A DNA stretch of 57,164 bases from an uncultured Candidatus Saccharibacteria bacterium (GTDB lineage Bacteria > Patescibacteriota > UBA1384 > DATEAH01 > CAYPSR01), in NCBI GenBank assembly GCA_964448035.1, contig CAYUUY010000001.1:1-57164 (forward strand), written 5' to 3'. Both the position numbers and the translations under genes were made by a program. How positions within the stretch are numbered: position 1 is the stretch's first letter; the number at the start of each line of letters is the position of its first letter. Positions 1-9,431 of this stretch are shown piece after piece. A model generated the notes under the pieces. The model worked only from the letters and a program-made list of their open reading frames with translations, was not told the DNA's origin and made no database searches.

Positions 1-20
1 AAAAAGGAGAACAAAAAAAC

Positions 21-557
21 ATGACAAGCAAAGATGTAATTCAATTTATAACAGACAAAAAGATAGAACAACTTTATAAAATTTTTGAAAAATCATTTGG
101 TATTATCGATTCATGGTCAGATATTTTTATTGAAGGTGATCTACTTGATGAAAACCAACTAGCACATTGTTTAGATCAAAGCACTGGTATTCATTCAAAG
201 TTATCGCCTGTTGTAAATGCATTAGAATCCTATGCTGAACGATTAGAAAATAACGGAGAAAATAACTATTATAAACTGGCTGAAAAGATCAACGCTCAAA
301 CTGTTTCTATGGCTAAAGCAGAATCTCGTTCTTTATCAAGTGATGTTAAACAATGGCTTGGTGATTTTAAAGGATATATTGATGGTGCTAAGCAAAATAT
401 ATTGTCGGCACAGTCAAGATTAAAGAGGCTTGTAGTCGAGAAAGGTGCTAAACGAATTGGATATACTGGTGAAGTACCGATTGATAATGATCCAGATATT
501 GAACCTGAAGAACCAAAAATTAGAGAAACCGCAGATGATATAACATGGGGAGATTAA
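21..557 (+). CDS. hypothetical protein
   Basis: 178-aa ORF with AGGAG-type RBS (aaaaaggaga) upstream of ATG; tightly packed with downstream genes; no motif recognised. Confidence 0.6.
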   Translation: MTSKDVIQFITDKKIEQLYKIFEKSFGIIDSWSDIFIEGDLLDENQLAHCLDQSTGIHSKLSPVVNALESYAERLENNGENNYYKLAEKINAQTVSMAKAESRSLSSDVKQWLGDFKGYIDGAKQNILSAQSRLKRLVVEKGAKRIGYTGEVPIDNDPDIEPEEPKIRETADDITWGD

Positions 558-558
558 A

Positions 559-771
559 ATGAATAAACTAGCAATAAAAACACTAGAAGATAGAATATCT
601 GAAAAAATTGGGTGTATAGAATCATATATTACTGCAAATAGTAATGATTATGAACATATTGAAGATATGAAAATAGATGTTTTAGAAATCAGAAAGTCTA
701 TTGCAATTTTAAAGGTTTTTAGTATGAATGATTTAATCGAAGATTTATTAAAAAATAAAAAGGAGAATTAA
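559..771 (+). CDS. hypothetical protein
   Basis: 70-aa ORF starting 2 nt after previous stop; operon-like packing. Confidence 0.5.
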   Translation: MNKLAIKTLEDRISEKIGCIESYITANSNDYEHIEDMKIDVLEIRKSIAILKVFSMNDLIEDLLKNKKEN

Positions 772-772
772 A

Positions 773-1072
773 ATGAGTTTATTTCCAGATAGTAATGTAG
801 TATATGCACCAAAAGTAGGAGAGAGTAATGTTTTCACTTTGACAGGCGAATGTCGTAGAGTTAAAAATGAGGAGGAAGAAGGTAATTATAAAGATAAAAA
901 TCATAAAAATACTGGTTATTATGATGTATTTCCTGTTGAAGAAGGAAAAGAATTAAAAGTCAATACTTGGAGATTGTATTTTGCACTGCGTGATGCCAAA
1001 GTTGATGTTGGTGATACGATCGAAATCGACCATGTTAGTGCATCAGAATATAAAATTACTAAAATTGACTAA
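773..1072 (+). CDS. hypothetical protein
   Basis: 99-aa ORF, RBS aaaaggag upstream, packed 2 nt after previous stop. Confidence 0.55.
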   Translation: MSLFPDSNVVYAPKVGESNVFTLTGECRRVKNEEEEGNYKDKNHKNTGYYDVFPVEEGKELKVNTWRLYFALRDAKVDVGDTIEIDHVSASEYKITKID

Positions 1073-1080
1073 TTAAGGAT

Positions 1081-2070
1081 TTGAAAATGAAAGAAAAAAG
1101 TTTTGCCCCAATAAAAGCACCAAACAAAGAAGTAGATTTAAAATTATTAAACTATCCTATGTTAGCATCTTATAAATTAGACGGAATTCGTAATGTACAT
1201 TATAAGGGCGAGAATCTATCTAATTCTTTAAAGCAAATTCAGAATAAACAAATAAGAGATAAATTTGAACCTATTAGACGGTATACTGAAGCAACACAAT
1301 CTATTAGAGATGGAGAGATTTATAATCATAATATTCCATTTTCTATGATTAGTAGTTGTGTAATGACTCAAGATCATACCACCCAAGATGCAATTAAAAA
1401 ATGGAATGAACTTTGTATAAAATACGAGGTTAATATTACTAGAGAAGAAGCTGTTGCTGGAATGAAATTTTGGTGTTTTGACGGTATTGAGAATGATGAC
1501 TTTAATAAACCATTTCAACAACGATATGAAGATACGGGTAAATGGTGTAGTGAATTTCCAGAATTGGTTAAAAGAGTTATTCATGTAGTTGTTAATAATC
1601 CTGAAGAAGTTCAAGCCTTGTTCGAACAAGCATTAGAGGATGGATATGAGGGATTAATTTTACGATCTTTAAATGGAATATATAAATTTGGAAGATGTTC
1701 TCTTAGTATGGATATTATTTTTAAAGTTAAGCCGTTTGTTACTTTAGACGCACAAATAATAGGTGTTGTACAAGCAACAATTGTAAATCCTAATGCTGAT
1801 AAGAAAACAAACGAACTTGGTCGAAGCGTTACTTCAAAAAAGAAGGAAGATCGCATTCCTATTGAAAGTGCTTCTGCTTTTGTTGTTATGTATGAAGGTG
1901 AAAAATGTAAACCTACTTTAGATATGTCTGTTTCCGAAAAAAACGAAATCTGGAAAAACAAAGATTCTTATATTGGTAGATGGATAGAATATAAAGGAAT
2001 GCTCTTAGGTTCTTTAAAAGTTCCACGTCATCCAGGATTTGTTAGATTTAGAGAAGATAAAGATGAATAA
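1081..2070 (+). CDS. ATP-dependent DNA ligase
   Basis: Nucleotidyltransferase motif I 'YKLDGIR' (KxDG adenylation lysine), 'EGLILRS' (motif IV-like), 'FKVKP' (motif V-like). Track start is TTG 1081; ATG at 1087 with AAGGA RBS is more likely. Confidence 0.85.
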   Translation: MKMKEKSFAPIKAPNKEVDLKLLNYPMLASYKLDGIRNVHYKGENLSNSLKQIQNKQIRDKFEPIRRYTEATQSIRDGEIYNHNIPFSMISSCVMTQDHTTQDAIKKWNELCIKYEVNITREEAVAGMKFWCFDGIENDDFNKPFQQRYEDTGKWCSEFPELVKRVIHVVVNNPEEVQALFEQALEDGYEGLILRSLNGIYKFGRCSLSMDIIFKVKPFVTLDAQIIGVVQATIVNPNADKKTNELGRSVTSKKKEDRIPIESASAFVVMYEGEKCKPTLDMSVSEKNEIWKNKDSYIGRWIEYKGMLLGSLKVPRHPGFVRFREDKDE

Positions 2071-2162
2071 AATAATTCTATGTTTTATAGATATATTTCA
2101 AGTATTATCAATAATAGCATTATTTGGAATAGGAATATATTGTTGGTATAAAGGAGAAGAAA

Positions 2163-2789
2163 TTGAACAATATAAACGAAGCAATTAAACAACACGAAAT
2201 TTCTGAAAAAGATTGGGATATGCAGGAAGATGCTTTCGAACTTTATCGTTGGATGGAACGATTCAATGATAAATTTTTCGATGGCAAGTTGTCAACTGCG
2301 GTATTAAGTTTTGAAAAAACAAGATGTTCCACATTAGGACATTATGTCACTGAAAGAAATGCAATAGGTGTACAGGATAATATAAATATGAACTCTGTTC
2401 ATTTACGCAGAGAAAAATGGCAAATTTTATCCACTCTTCTTCATGAAATGGTACACCAATATCAGAGACGATTAGGTAGTTTTTCTGATAAAGAGGTTGT
2501 AACTAGCAATAATTATCATAATAAAGAATTTTTAACAATGACTGCTTCTTTTGGATTAATTTATAATAAAAAAGGCCAACGTATTGATAAACCACAAGAA
2601 GTATTTGTTAATTTTTTAAAAGAACACGGTGTTGAGGTTACAGAAGAAAAAGCATATGATAAACCAATTGGGAAAAGTAAACTAAAAAAGTTTAGTTGTC
2701 AATGTACTCCACCTATTAATGTAAGAGTGGGTAATTCTGAATTTTCGGCTAAATGTAATCTGTGTAATAAAGATTTTGAGGAACAATAA
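2163..2789 (+). CDS. SprT-like zinc metalloprotease domain protein
   Basis: 'LLHEMVHQY' HExxH motif followed by a C-terminal Cys-rich ribbon (CQC...CNLC), the SprT-like layout; TTG start after AAGGAG RBS (alternative ATG 2220). Confidence 0.65.
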   Translation: MNNINEAIKQHEISEKDWDMQEDAFELYRWMERFNDKFFDGKLSTAVLSFEKTRCSTLGHYVTERNAIGVQDNINMNSVHLRREKWQILSTLLHEMVHQYQRRLGSFSDKEVVTSNNYHNKEFLTMTASFGLIYNKKGQRIDKPQEVFVNFLKEHGVEVTEEKAYDKPIGKSKLKKFSCQCTPPINVRVGNSEFSAKCNLCNKDFEEQ

Positions 2790-3262
2790 TGAAAAAATTA
2801 ATAATTCCGGTAGGGAATATTGCAAGTGGAAAAACAACACTGATTAATGATTTAGTAAAACTTAATTATTATTCAATAAGTAGAGATGCCTTACGTTATA
2901 TGTTAGGATCAGGAATATATATTTATGACCCTATGTTTGAGAAAACAATTAAAGATATTTCTGTTTCAATGTTACGAAAATTAGTAATGACAAATGTTAA
3001 TATTGTAATGGACGAAACCAATGTATCAAAATCATCAAGAGAAACATTAATTACCATCGCTAAAAAACGAAAATATAGAGTAATTGCTTATGTTCTCCCA
3101 AAAATATCAAAAAAAGAAAGTGTTAAACGAAGATTGTCCGATCCTCATGGTGATTTTTCAAAGGAAATATGGGAAGGTGTTTGGGAAAAATTTAATAGTA
3201 TGTATGAAGAACCTACATACGAAGAAGGATTTGATGAAATAGCATATAAGGTATCAAAATGA
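2789..3262 (+). CDS. P-loop kinase, polynucleotide kinase-like (AAA_33-type)
   Basis: Walker A 'GNIASGKTT', 'SRDALR' and 'MDETN' resemble the T4 Pnk kinase-domain pattern; ATGA-type coupling to neighbours. Confidence 0.6.
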   Translation: MKKLIIPVGNIASGKTTLINDLVKLNYYSISRDALRYMLGSGIYIYDPMFEKTIKDISVSMLRKLVMTNVNIVMDETNVSKSSRETLITIAKKRKYRVIAYVLPKISKKESVKRRLSDPHGDFSKEIWEGVWEKFNSMYEEPTYEEGFDEIAYKVSK

Positions 3263-3792
3263 AAAGTGATATTTTTAATAATGAACTAAATTTGATTAAA
3301 AATCATGATGTTCGTAAATGGACAAAAGACACATTAGAAAATGCACCTGATTATTTTTGGATTGCACAAGCATCGTCATCTGGTAAATATCATCCAGCTT
3401 GTACAAACAGAAAAGGTGGTTTGTTAATTCATGTTAAAAGAGTTGTCTATTTAGCAAATAGATTATGCGAGGGATGGGGATTATTTGGTATTGAAAGAGA
3501 TATTGTGTTATCAGCTTGTATTTTACATGATATTGCAAAAACAGCCGATAAAGATTTTATTTATCACGCCATAAATGCAGAAAAATATTATGCGGATCAT
3601 AATAAAAATGATATAATTTATTGTAAAATAGATGAAAGTATTTGTCATCATATGGGAAGATGGACAATCGATGACATCAAAAAACCTATTGTTGATTATT
3701 CTCTTATAGAATTGGCAGTATATACATGTGACTATATGGCAACAACAAAAACTTTAGTAACGCCTGTCGATAACGAGGAAATAAATGTATAA
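3259..3792 (+). CDS. HD-domain phosphohydrolase
   Basis: 'KYHP...IHVKR' and 'ILHDIAKT' H...HD metal-binding signature. Confidence 0.7.
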   Translation: MKSDIFNNELNLIKNHDVRKWTKDTLENAPDYFWIAQASSSGKYHPACTNRKGGLLIHVKRVVYLANRLCEGWGLFGIERDIVLSACILHDIAKTADKDFIYHAINAEKYYADHNKNDIIYCKIDESICHHMGRWTIDDIKKPIVDYSLIELAVYTCDYMATTKTLVTPVDNEEINV

Positions 3793-6700
3793 TGTTCAGA
3801 CCTTAAATAAAGTAAAACTATCCTGTCTTGTAATAGACTGTGAAACATGTTCTTTTTTTCCTGATGGGAGAAAAATAAATCTTCAGACTAATTTTGATGA
3901 ATATGTTGAATTTGCCCAGGTAAAATTTATAGGAGCATATTCTTATCAAGACGATAGATATTATTTTTTGAACATGACCATAAATTCTGATAGAGAAATA
4001 GCCAAACGATTATTGGCTACTCATAAAACGATTGTTGGATTTAATTCAGCAGAATTTGATTTCCCAATTTTAAAAAACAATGACCTTACTGATACAGATG
4101 TTTGGTATACCCAAGTAGATTGTATGCATATTCTTGGCACTTCTAATGTAAAAAATCGAGGTGGTTTTGCTTATAAAAATCGTGGCGAATTGATGGGTTA
4201 TAAATTTAAAAATAATAAGTTACGCACTATGGCAGAAGCCATGGGATTAGAAACACAAAAAGGAGATATTGATTACACAATTTTTGAAAAAAATAGCTGG
4301 ACAAAAGAAGAACTTGAAGAAATTCAAATATATTTAAAATCTGATGTTATGGCTACTAAAGAAATGTTTGACAAATTATGGGAATATTGGATTCCATTTG
4401 TTGAAATGTTAGATGAAAAATCTGTTTATGACCTATCATGGATTAGATTATCAATTGCATCATTAACGTATAAATGTGCTTGTAACGTAATGGGTGTTGA
4501 ACCAACATACGGGGAACATCGTGGTAAAAAAGAAAAAATGGGAGGAACTGTTTTAAAACCCACGGTTGAAGAAGCAAAAGATGTTTGGTATATTGATTAT
4601 GCCTCTCTTTATCCTCATATTTTATGTATGTTTAATTTGTTTGCCGAAGTAGATGGCGATGATATTAATAAACCAAATATTTGGCACGGTAACAATGTTT
4701 TTAAGGTAAAAGGATATTATGACATATCAGAACCGCATATTTTGTCAAAACACGTCATGGAAAATCTAAAAGAACGTATTAATCTTAAAAAAACATCGCC
4801 AGATGATCCAATGATATATGCATTTAAGATTTTTTTAAACTGTTTTTCAAAAGACACAGACGTTCTAATGGCAGATAACCGTATTCAAAATATAAAAGAC
4901 TGTAAAATAGGAGAATTAGTTTATAGCATAAACCCAAAAACATTAATTGCAGAAAAAAAGAAGATAAAAAAAGTTTTTGAATATAACTATACAGGGGAAA
5001 TGCATCACTATAAGGGCAATTATTTTGATTTTAATGTTACACCAAATCACAGATTTCTTTTAGTTCATAAAAACAGAAAACAGTCACCTGTTTTTGTTGA
5101 ATCAATTGATATTCAAAACAAGTATACTTTGCCAATACATAAACCATTAAATAAATATAAAAAACAAATAAATATTTTAAATTATATCAACAAAGATGAA
5201 TTATTATATTCTATTAAACCATTGAATAAACATGGACGAACATGGTTATACGAAAATGGTTTGGAAAATATAAAAAAACAATATAACTGTAATGATAGGA
5301 ATTTTGTTTACTCATTCAATGATATAAAACATAGATTAAATAGTATATTAAAAAGCAAAAATTCAAGTATATATCTACTTAACAAAAAATATAAAACATC
5401 AAGAAAAATATCTGTTTTTTATGACAATAATACATTATCATATTTAATAGGAATATATTTGGCTGAAGGTTCTACATCTATTATAAGACCAAGATTATAT
5501 TCTAATGGAAATATTAGAGGAACAACATATAGCATATCTCTTTCACAATCTAAATCTAAAAACCCTATTATTTATAAAAAAATAACAGATGCATTGGATA
5601 AATGTAATTTAAAATATAGTGGTGGTAAAAAGGCTATTAAAATTTCTGGCCCCATTTTTTATGAGTTTATAGTTAATAATTTTGGAAAATTAGGATATAA
5701 ATCTTTCAATAACAAAAATATGTTTGACGATTTAAATATAAAAAAGGTTTTTGAAGGATTAATTGATGGTGATGGGTCAAAAAAACATAAACTATTTACA
5801 ACAAAATATGATTGTTTAAGAGACGATTTTATTGAACTATGCATGCGTTTAGGATATACATTATCATTAAAAAATGATGGATGTTGGAGAATAGTCTATA
5901 ATAACAACCCAAATTCTTTTAGAAAAGCAAACAGATCAATAAACGAATATAATGATAAAGTCTATTGTGTTGAGGTTGAAGATAACAACACATTAATGGC
6001 AGGAAGGAATAAAAAATTTAATTGGAGCGGAAATAGTTTATACGGCGTACTTAGGTCATTGATATTTGAAAAGGTTGGTGGTAAAAATGGTGGATGGGAT
6101 ACTTGTTGGCTAGGTCAGCAAATGCACGAATTAACCGTCGAGATGATGGATTCTTTTGGATTTGATACGCTATACGGAGATACGGACGGGTGCATGGTAC
6201 GGGCAAGACCTGGTACAGAAAATACTAGAGAGTATGTTTTAGAATGTCTCGAACAAATAGTCGATATTGTTCAAGATAATGTGCCTTTTCCAGTTGATAC
6301 ATTTAAAATTGATATAGAAAACCATTTAGATTATATTGCTTTTCCTCATAGTATGGAAAAAATATCTTTTAAAAGTATTGATTTAGATAAAGATGATGTT
6401 ATTAATAACGAAATCGAAGAGTATGTGTGGGTTTCTTTAAGAAAATATTATAAAGATTTCACAGATAAAGAAATTTTAGATATTCTGACAGAGTTAGTAT
6501 TAAAGAACGAAGATAAACCAGAGGATAAAATTAATCTTAAAATAAAAAATAGACTTATAACAGAATGGACAGGTAAAAAGAAAAACTATTTGTATATCTG
6601 TAAAGAAAAGGATAAGGAGTCTGGAGAACTTAAAGATGTAATAAAATTGGTCGGTCTTCCAATTAAAAAAGATAATGCAACAAAACTAGGAATTACTATT

Positions 6701-7168
6701 TATGAAGATGTTTTAAAATCAATGATATTAGAACGAAAGAATGCCAAATTTCCAAAAGAACAAATTAGTGAAATTATAAATAGATATTTAGCAAAACCAG
6801 ATGTCATGCAAATGATTTCTAGAGAATATAAAGTTAAACCTTTTATTACTTATGCTAAAGAAGGACAGATTCAGGCACAAATAAGTAAGCAATATTTTAA
6901 TGGGGAAGATGGTATTATTGATTTAATTAAGAATAATAAAATTGGCAAGGTCGGAGAAGGTGCTAAATATTGCACTGTTCAAGAGGCCATCGATTCTAAT
7001 TTAAAATCCGAAGATTTGGATTTAGAAAAATTATGGAATGAACTTGATCCGTTTGTTATTTATGTTCCAAAAGTGAAAAAAGAAAAAGCGGTTAAAGAGA
7101 AAAAGTCTAAAAAAGTTGCAAATAAAAAAAATATTTTAACAAAAAATTATGATGAGGTAACAATATAA
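3785..7168 (+). CDS. Family B DNA polymerase precursor containing one intein
   Basis: Exo I 'VIDCETCS', Exo II 'GFNSAEFDFPIL', Exo III 'YLKSDV', motif A 'DYASLYPHI', motif B 'KIFLN|SLYG' split by the insert, motif C 'YGDTDG'. Confidence 0.9.
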   Translation: MYNVQTLNKVKLSCLVIDCETCSFFPDGRKINLQTNFDEYVEFAQVKFIGAYSYQDDRYYFLNMTINSDREIAKRLLATHKTIVGFNSAEFDFPILKNNDLTDTDVWYTQVDCMHILGTSNVKNRGGFAYKNRGELMGYKFKNNKLRTMAEAMGLETQKGDIDYTIFEKNSWTKEELEEIQIYLKSDVMATKEMFDKLWEYWIPFVEMLDEKSVYDLSWIRLSIASLTYKCACNVMGVEPTYGEHRGKKEKMGGTVLKPTVEEAKDVWYIDYASLYPHILCMFNLFAEVDGDDINKPNIWHGNNVFKVKGYYDISEPHILSKHVMENLKERINLKKTSPDDPMIYAFKIFLNCFSKDTDVLMADNRIQNIKDCKIGELVYSINPKTLIAEKKKIKKVFEYNYTGEMHHYKGNYFDFNVTPNHRFLLVHKNRKQSPVFVESIDIQNKYTLPIHKPLNKYKKQINILNYINKDELLYSIKPLNKHGRTWLYENGLENIKKQYNCNDRNFVYSFNDIKHRLNSILKSKNSSIYLLNKKYKTSRKISVFYDNNTLSYLIGIYLAEGSTSIIRPRLYSNGNIRGTTYSISLSQSKSKNPIIYKKITDALDKCNLKYSGGKKAIKISGPIFYEFIVNNFGKLGYKSFNNKNMFDDLNIKKVFEGLIDGDGSKKHKLFTTKYDCLRDDFIELCMRLGYTLSLKNDGCWRIVYNNNPNSFRKANRSINEYNDKVYCVEVEDNNTLMAGRNKKFNWSGNSLYGVLRSLIFEKVGGKNGGWDTCWLGQQMHELTVEMMDSFGFDTLYGDTDGCMVRARPGTENTREYVLECLEQIVDIVQDNVPFPVDTFKIDIENHLDYIAFPHSMEKISFKSIDLDKDDVINNEIEEYVWVSLRKYYKDFTDKEILDILTELVLKNEDKPEDKINLKIKNRLITEWTGKKKNYLYICKEKDKESGELKDVIKLVGLPIKKDNATKLGITIYEDVLKSMILERKNAKFPKEQISEIINRYLAKPDVMQMISREYKVKPFITYAKEGQIQAQISKQYFNGEDGIIDLIKNNKIGKVGEGAKYCTVQEAIDSNLKSEDLDLEKLWNELDPFVIYVPKVKKEKAVKEKKSKKVANKKNILTKNYDEVTI
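4841..6034 (+). mobile_element. Intein (398 aa) with LAGLIDADG homing endonuclease in PolB motif B
   Basis: Starts with Cys ('CFSKDTDVLM'), block B 'TPNH', LAGLIDADG motifs 'YLIGIYLAEGS' and 'FEGLIDGDGS', ends 'FNWSGN' followed by +1 Ser. Removal restores 'KIFLNSLYG' (KxxxNSxYG). Confidence 0.85.
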
Positions 7169-7833
7169 TGTGGTCATATTATGGAACTAAAAAACGAATA
7201 GCCAAATATTATCCAAAACCGTTATATGATACAATTATTGAGCCATTTTGTGGTGCAGCACAATATTCTTTGTTTGGCGATAATTGGAAAAAAAAAGTTA
7301 TACTTATCGATAAATACAAAACAATCATAGATTTATGGAAATGGTTAATACAAGCCAAAAAGTGTGATATTTTAAATTTGCCCATATTAAAAATGAATGA
7401 ATCCGTTGATGATTATACACAACTTTGTTCAGAAGAAAAAAGTTTAATTGGATTTTATATAAATAGTGGTTCGGCAAGTCCCAAAAAAACAGCTAAAAAG
7501 TTCAATGGTTGGACTGAAAACAAAAAAAAAGATATTGCTAATAATTTATATAAAATTAGTCATTGGAAAGCATTTCATAATGAATATTTAAATATTCCCA
7601 ATAAACCATCCACTTGGTTTATTGACCCTCCATATCAATTTGGAGGACAATGGTATAGATAATCAAATAAAACCATTGATTTTAATAATTTAGCAGATTG
7701 GTGTAAATCAAGAGAAGGTCAAATTATTGTTTGTGAAAATAACAAAGCTGATTGGTTACCATTTAAAAATTTAGTTGAAATGAATGGTCAAAAACATAAA
7801 ACAATGGAAGTTATTTGGACAAAAGGTTGCTAA
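7168..7833 (+). pseudogene. N6-adenine DNA methyltransferase (Dam/D12 class) interrupted by in-frame TAA at 7660-7662
   Basis: 'EPFCGAAQ' (SAM motif I) and 'FIDPPY' (motif IV). After TAA, 56 more in-frame sense codons ('SNKTIDFNNLADWCKSREGQIIVCENNKADWLPF...EVIWTKGC') look like the normal C-terminus, ending at TAA 7831-7833. Confidence 0.7.
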
Positions 7834-7856
7834 AACAAATTAAAATATGTTATAAT
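7827..7856 (+). promoter_or_regulatory. Sigma70-like promoter, copy 1 of a repeated motif (TTGCTA-N18-TATAAT, extended -10 TGT)
   Basis: ttgcta 7827-7832, tataat 7851-7856, preceded by 'atatgt'; sits at a gene-cluster boundary. Confidence 0.5.
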
Positions 7857-7875
7857 TATACTGAGACAATAAACT

Positions 7876-8166
7876 ATGTCAATTTGTAGAATATGTAAAA
7901 CCGATGTTGATAAATATACAACTATGTTTGGTTATTGCTACGATTGTCAAATTAAACTTGGTGGAAAGACAAATACAAAGGAGTACCAAATGAACAAAAT
8001 AAAATGGAATGTTGAAGAAGAAAAAGGTTTTCTTTATGATGCAAAAGAGTACATTATATGTAAGGACTGTGGATATCTTGTTAAGAATCCAGATGAAATA
8101 TTAAAAAAGTGTCCTAGTTGTGGTATATCATACGAACAATCTTTAAGTGTTATTGTAAACAATTAA
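7876..8166 (+). CDS. double zinc-ribbon protein
   Basis: Two pairs of CxxC ('CRIC...CYDC' and 'CKDC...CPSC'). Confidence 0.55.
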   Translation: MSICRICKTDVDKYTTMFGYCYDCQIKLGGKTNTKEYQMNKIKWNVEEEKGFLYDAKEYIICKDCGYLVKNPDEILKKCPSCGISYEQSLSVIVNN

Positions 8167-8189
8167 GATAAGATAAAAATGCAAAAGTT

Positions 8190-8780
8190 TTGAATTTCAA
8201 GCAAGGCAGAATGATATATTTAGAAATGAAAACTAAAACTTGTACAAAATGCAAAATACCATTGCCTGTAACTAATTTTACTAATCATATTCAAAATAAA
8301 GATAGTTTAGATTGTTGGTGTAAGATTTGTAAAAACGGTCACATGGAAGAATATCGTCAAAAATATCCTTGGAGAAGAACATTAGATTCAATAAAGCAAA
8401 GATGTAACAATTCAAACAACAAACGGTATAAATACTATGGTGGGCGTGGTATTAAGTGTCTTATTACGGCAAAAGAATTAAAGAAATTGTGGAACCGAGA
8501 TAAAGCATATTTGATGGATAAGCCAAGTATTGATCGAGAAGAAAACGACGGACATTATGAGTACAGTAATTGTCGGTTTATTGAGAAAGGTGAAAACTCA
8601 GCTAAAGATAAAAGAAAATCAGTCCTTCAATATGATTTAAAAGGAAGATTTATTAAGGAATGGATAAGTCAATCTGAAGCACACAGATATTTAAAAATAG
8701 ATATTTCAAGTATATCACAGTGTTGTTCTGGCAAACGCAAAACGGCAGGTGGTTTTATTTGGGTAATACAAAATCAATAA
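8190..8780 (+). mobile_element. Free-standing homing endonuclease-like gene (degenerate HNH 'IDR' type with NUMOD/IENR-like DNA-binding tail)
   Basis: N-terminal 'KTKTCTKCK' zinc finger, 'RCNNSNNKRYKYYGGRGIKC', 'IDREENDGHYEYSNCRFIEKGENSAK', C-terminal 'VLQYDLKGRFIKEWISQSEAHRYL...SGKRKTAGGFIW'. These patterns recur in phage homing endonucleases. Confidence 0.55.
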
Positions 8781-8804
8781 CATATATTAAAAAGGAGAAT
8801 AACA

Positions 8805-9035
8805 ATGATATCAGCAAAAGACGTGTGGCGTGAAATTAAAAAACCGGAAGATATTAAAGAAGAAGATGCCATTTTAATGCTTATTTACAAAGCCGTATGT
8901 ATGGGTATAAGATTGCTTTTAGATGTAAGATATAAATTATATTATGGAGAACAAGCATTAGATGACAAAAAATCATCCAAAAAGATCGAAAAAGTTGTTG
9001 CTAATCCTGTTATTAAACCAACGGATTTAATGTAA
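8805..9035 (+). CDS. hypothetical protein
   Basis: 76-aa ORF with AAAGGAG RBS. Confidence 0.5.
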   Translation: MISAKDVWREIKKPEDIKEEDAILMLIYKAVCMGIRLLLDVRYKLYYGEQALDDKKSSKKIEKVVANPVIKPTDLM

Positions 9036-9036
9036 A

Positions 9037-9264
9037 ATGACAAGGGAATTCATTAAGAATGTTATCCCTACAGAATTAGGAGAGGTTAAACCATTTTCTC
9101 AGGTTTTATCTTCGACATTATCAACGAGAAAAGATGAGTTTAAATTAACAACTAAACTACTGGCCAGTTTAATTAGGAAAGCGAATTTAGCAAAGAAACA
9201 ATCGGAATTAGTTATTCAATTTTCTAATTATACAGTAACATGTCATATTGAGGAGAAAATATGA
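9037..9264 (+). CDS. hypothetical protein
   Basis: 75-aa ORF 2 nt after previous stop. Confidence 0.5.
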   Translation: MTREFIKNVIPTELGEVKPFSQVLSSTLSTRKDEFKLTTKLLASLIRKANLAKKQSELVIQFSNYTVTCHIEEKI

Positions 9265-9413
9265 TAGAAATTTTTAAAAGATTGTTCAAGAAGAAAACCC
9301 GTTATCACTATGTCGCAATATCTGAAAAAGATAAATCAGGACGATATCGTTATAAGATATATAAAGATGGAGTTCTAATTAAGGAAAACATATATATTGA
9401 TATTTGGCGTTAA
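9261..9413 (+). CDS. small hypothetical protein (50 aa)
   Basis: ATGA start/stop overlap with the upstream gene, GAGGAG RBS; below the ORF-track size cutoff; translated by hand. Confidence 0.4.
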   Translation: MIEIFKRLFKKKTRYHYVAISEKDKSGRYRYKIYKDGVLIKENIYIDIWR

Positions 9414-9431
9414 TATTAATTGGAGGAATAA

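Noticed and set aside
2063-2188. A 41-aa hydrophobic ORF ('MNKIILCFIDIFQVLSIIALFGIGIYCWYK...') overlapping the ligase stop and the SprT-like TTG start.
   Set aside because: It cannot be told apart from chance in AT-rich sequence. It conflicts with the RBS-supported TTG start at 2163. It is left unannotated, but if it is real the SprT-like gene would start at ATG 2220.
7660-7662. Genome-wide stop-codon reassignment as the explanation for the in-frame TAA in the methyltransferase.
   Set aside because: Long genes such as the 1127-aa polymerase, the 1003-aa tape measure and the 995-aa fibre are intact under the standard code, and genes end cleanly at TAA, TAG or TGA with coupled restarts. Only this one gene is affected.
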